A DNA stretch of 64,000 nt from Malacoraja senta. Taxonomy: Eukaryota. Every line of letters starts with the position of its first letter. Positions within the stretch are counted from its first letter, which is position 1. Position numbers and translations under genes: made by a program. The stretch is taken from assembly GCA_038087875.1 (NCBI GenBank), contig CM075983.1, positions 33,790,001 to 33,854,000 on the forward strand. The letters run 5' to 3'. Positions 63,135-64,000 of this stretch are shown here, in pieces. The notes under the pieces are model-generated. The model ran no database searches, was not told the origin of the DNA, and worked only from the letters and a program-made list of their open reading frames with translations.

Positions 63135-63256
63135 TTAGTACAATGGATCCTATCCCTACTCCCATACCTCCTTGGCAATAAATTCATTTCTTCTTTCCCT
63201 AGTGCCAGTTTAGTTTACTTCAGTTCTTATCCTTTTTGACACCAGCTACTTTGTCT

Positions 63257-63456
63257 NNNNNNNNNNNNNNNNNNNNNNNNNNNNNNNNNNNNNNNNNNNN
63301 NNNNNNNNNNNNNNNNNNNNNNNNNNNNNNNNNNNNNNNNNNNNNNNNNNNNNNNNNNNNNNNNNNNNNNNNNNNNNNNNNNNNNNNNNNNNNNNNNNNN
63401 NNNNNNNNNNNNNNNNNNNNNNNNNNNNNNNNNNNNNNNNNNNNNNNNNNNNNNNN
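63257..63456. other. Assembly gap (200 N)
   Basis: Run of N. Confidence 1.
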
Positions 63457-64000
63457 ACCATAAGTATTTTCTAAAATACCAACCCAAAATAGTAATGTTA
63501 CAAGGATCAATCCTACGCAGCCAGAGGATTATTTGTGTGATAAATTTATCTTCGAAACTGTTTATTCTGTTTTATCTATGGTTCAATATTGCATGTATCA
63601 ACAAAACATCTAATTCAGAGGTAAACGTTCAATCTTAACATATTTTAAAGGTTTATTTAAAATATATTAATTTATTTTCTGGATAAATATATCAGATTGT
63701 TAAAAGAACAGGTTAATCTCTGCTCCAGCAAAGTTCAGTCAGGAACTGCATGAACTGAAAAATCCTTGTGGCAAACATCCTGGTTTGATTTTTGCCTTGC
63801 TTCAGATATTTGCATGAATTATCCTTGCCCAAGCTCCCACATTCACGTTTAGCTTGATAGAGTTAAAGAATTGAATCTTCATGCACAATATACAGTAAGG
63901 GATGCGGAATGCAGATATATGTTTGCAGCGAAACAATAGGTTTTCCTCACAAATAACTAGGTATACAGATTCCTGCATTGAACCACGAGCTACATGTCAA

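Noticed and set aside
63220-63510. ORFs containing X runs
   Set aside because: Artefacts of the 200-N gap.

Overview
Eukaryotic, repeat-dense, AT-rich genomic DNA with no recognisable host protein-coding gene. The repeat repertoire (HE1-like V-SINEs sharing a 3' tail with HER1-like CR1 LINEs, inverted Penelope fragments, Rex1/Babar, HERO) suggests a cartilaginous fish such as a skate or ray; this is an inference. From left to right the main contents are: a 64-bp satellite with a 384-bp higher-order period (1-2270); three full-length but degenerate DIRS1-type tyrosine-recombinase retrotransposons with ITR/ICR structure (10091-15022 +, 18914-24813 +, 29389-33934 -); a Penelope element; CR1 LINEs; an L1 nested in DIRS #2; a Tc1 transposon (26168-27778); a foldback MITE; fused fragments of two Gypsy lineages; HERO and Rex LINEs; solo or orphan LTRs; a young Mag-type Gypsy with identical 210-bp LTRs (54577-59214); a Harbinger MITE; a possible degraded retrovirus-like tract at the right end; and a 200-N assembly gap. 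The most interesting signals are in the DIRS family: spliceosomal-intron-like modules directly upstream of gag in all three copies, ICR/terminus co-variation with a conserved terminal hairpin, and a Dam-like methyltransferase domain. All family assignments come from motif recognition by eye, not from database searches.
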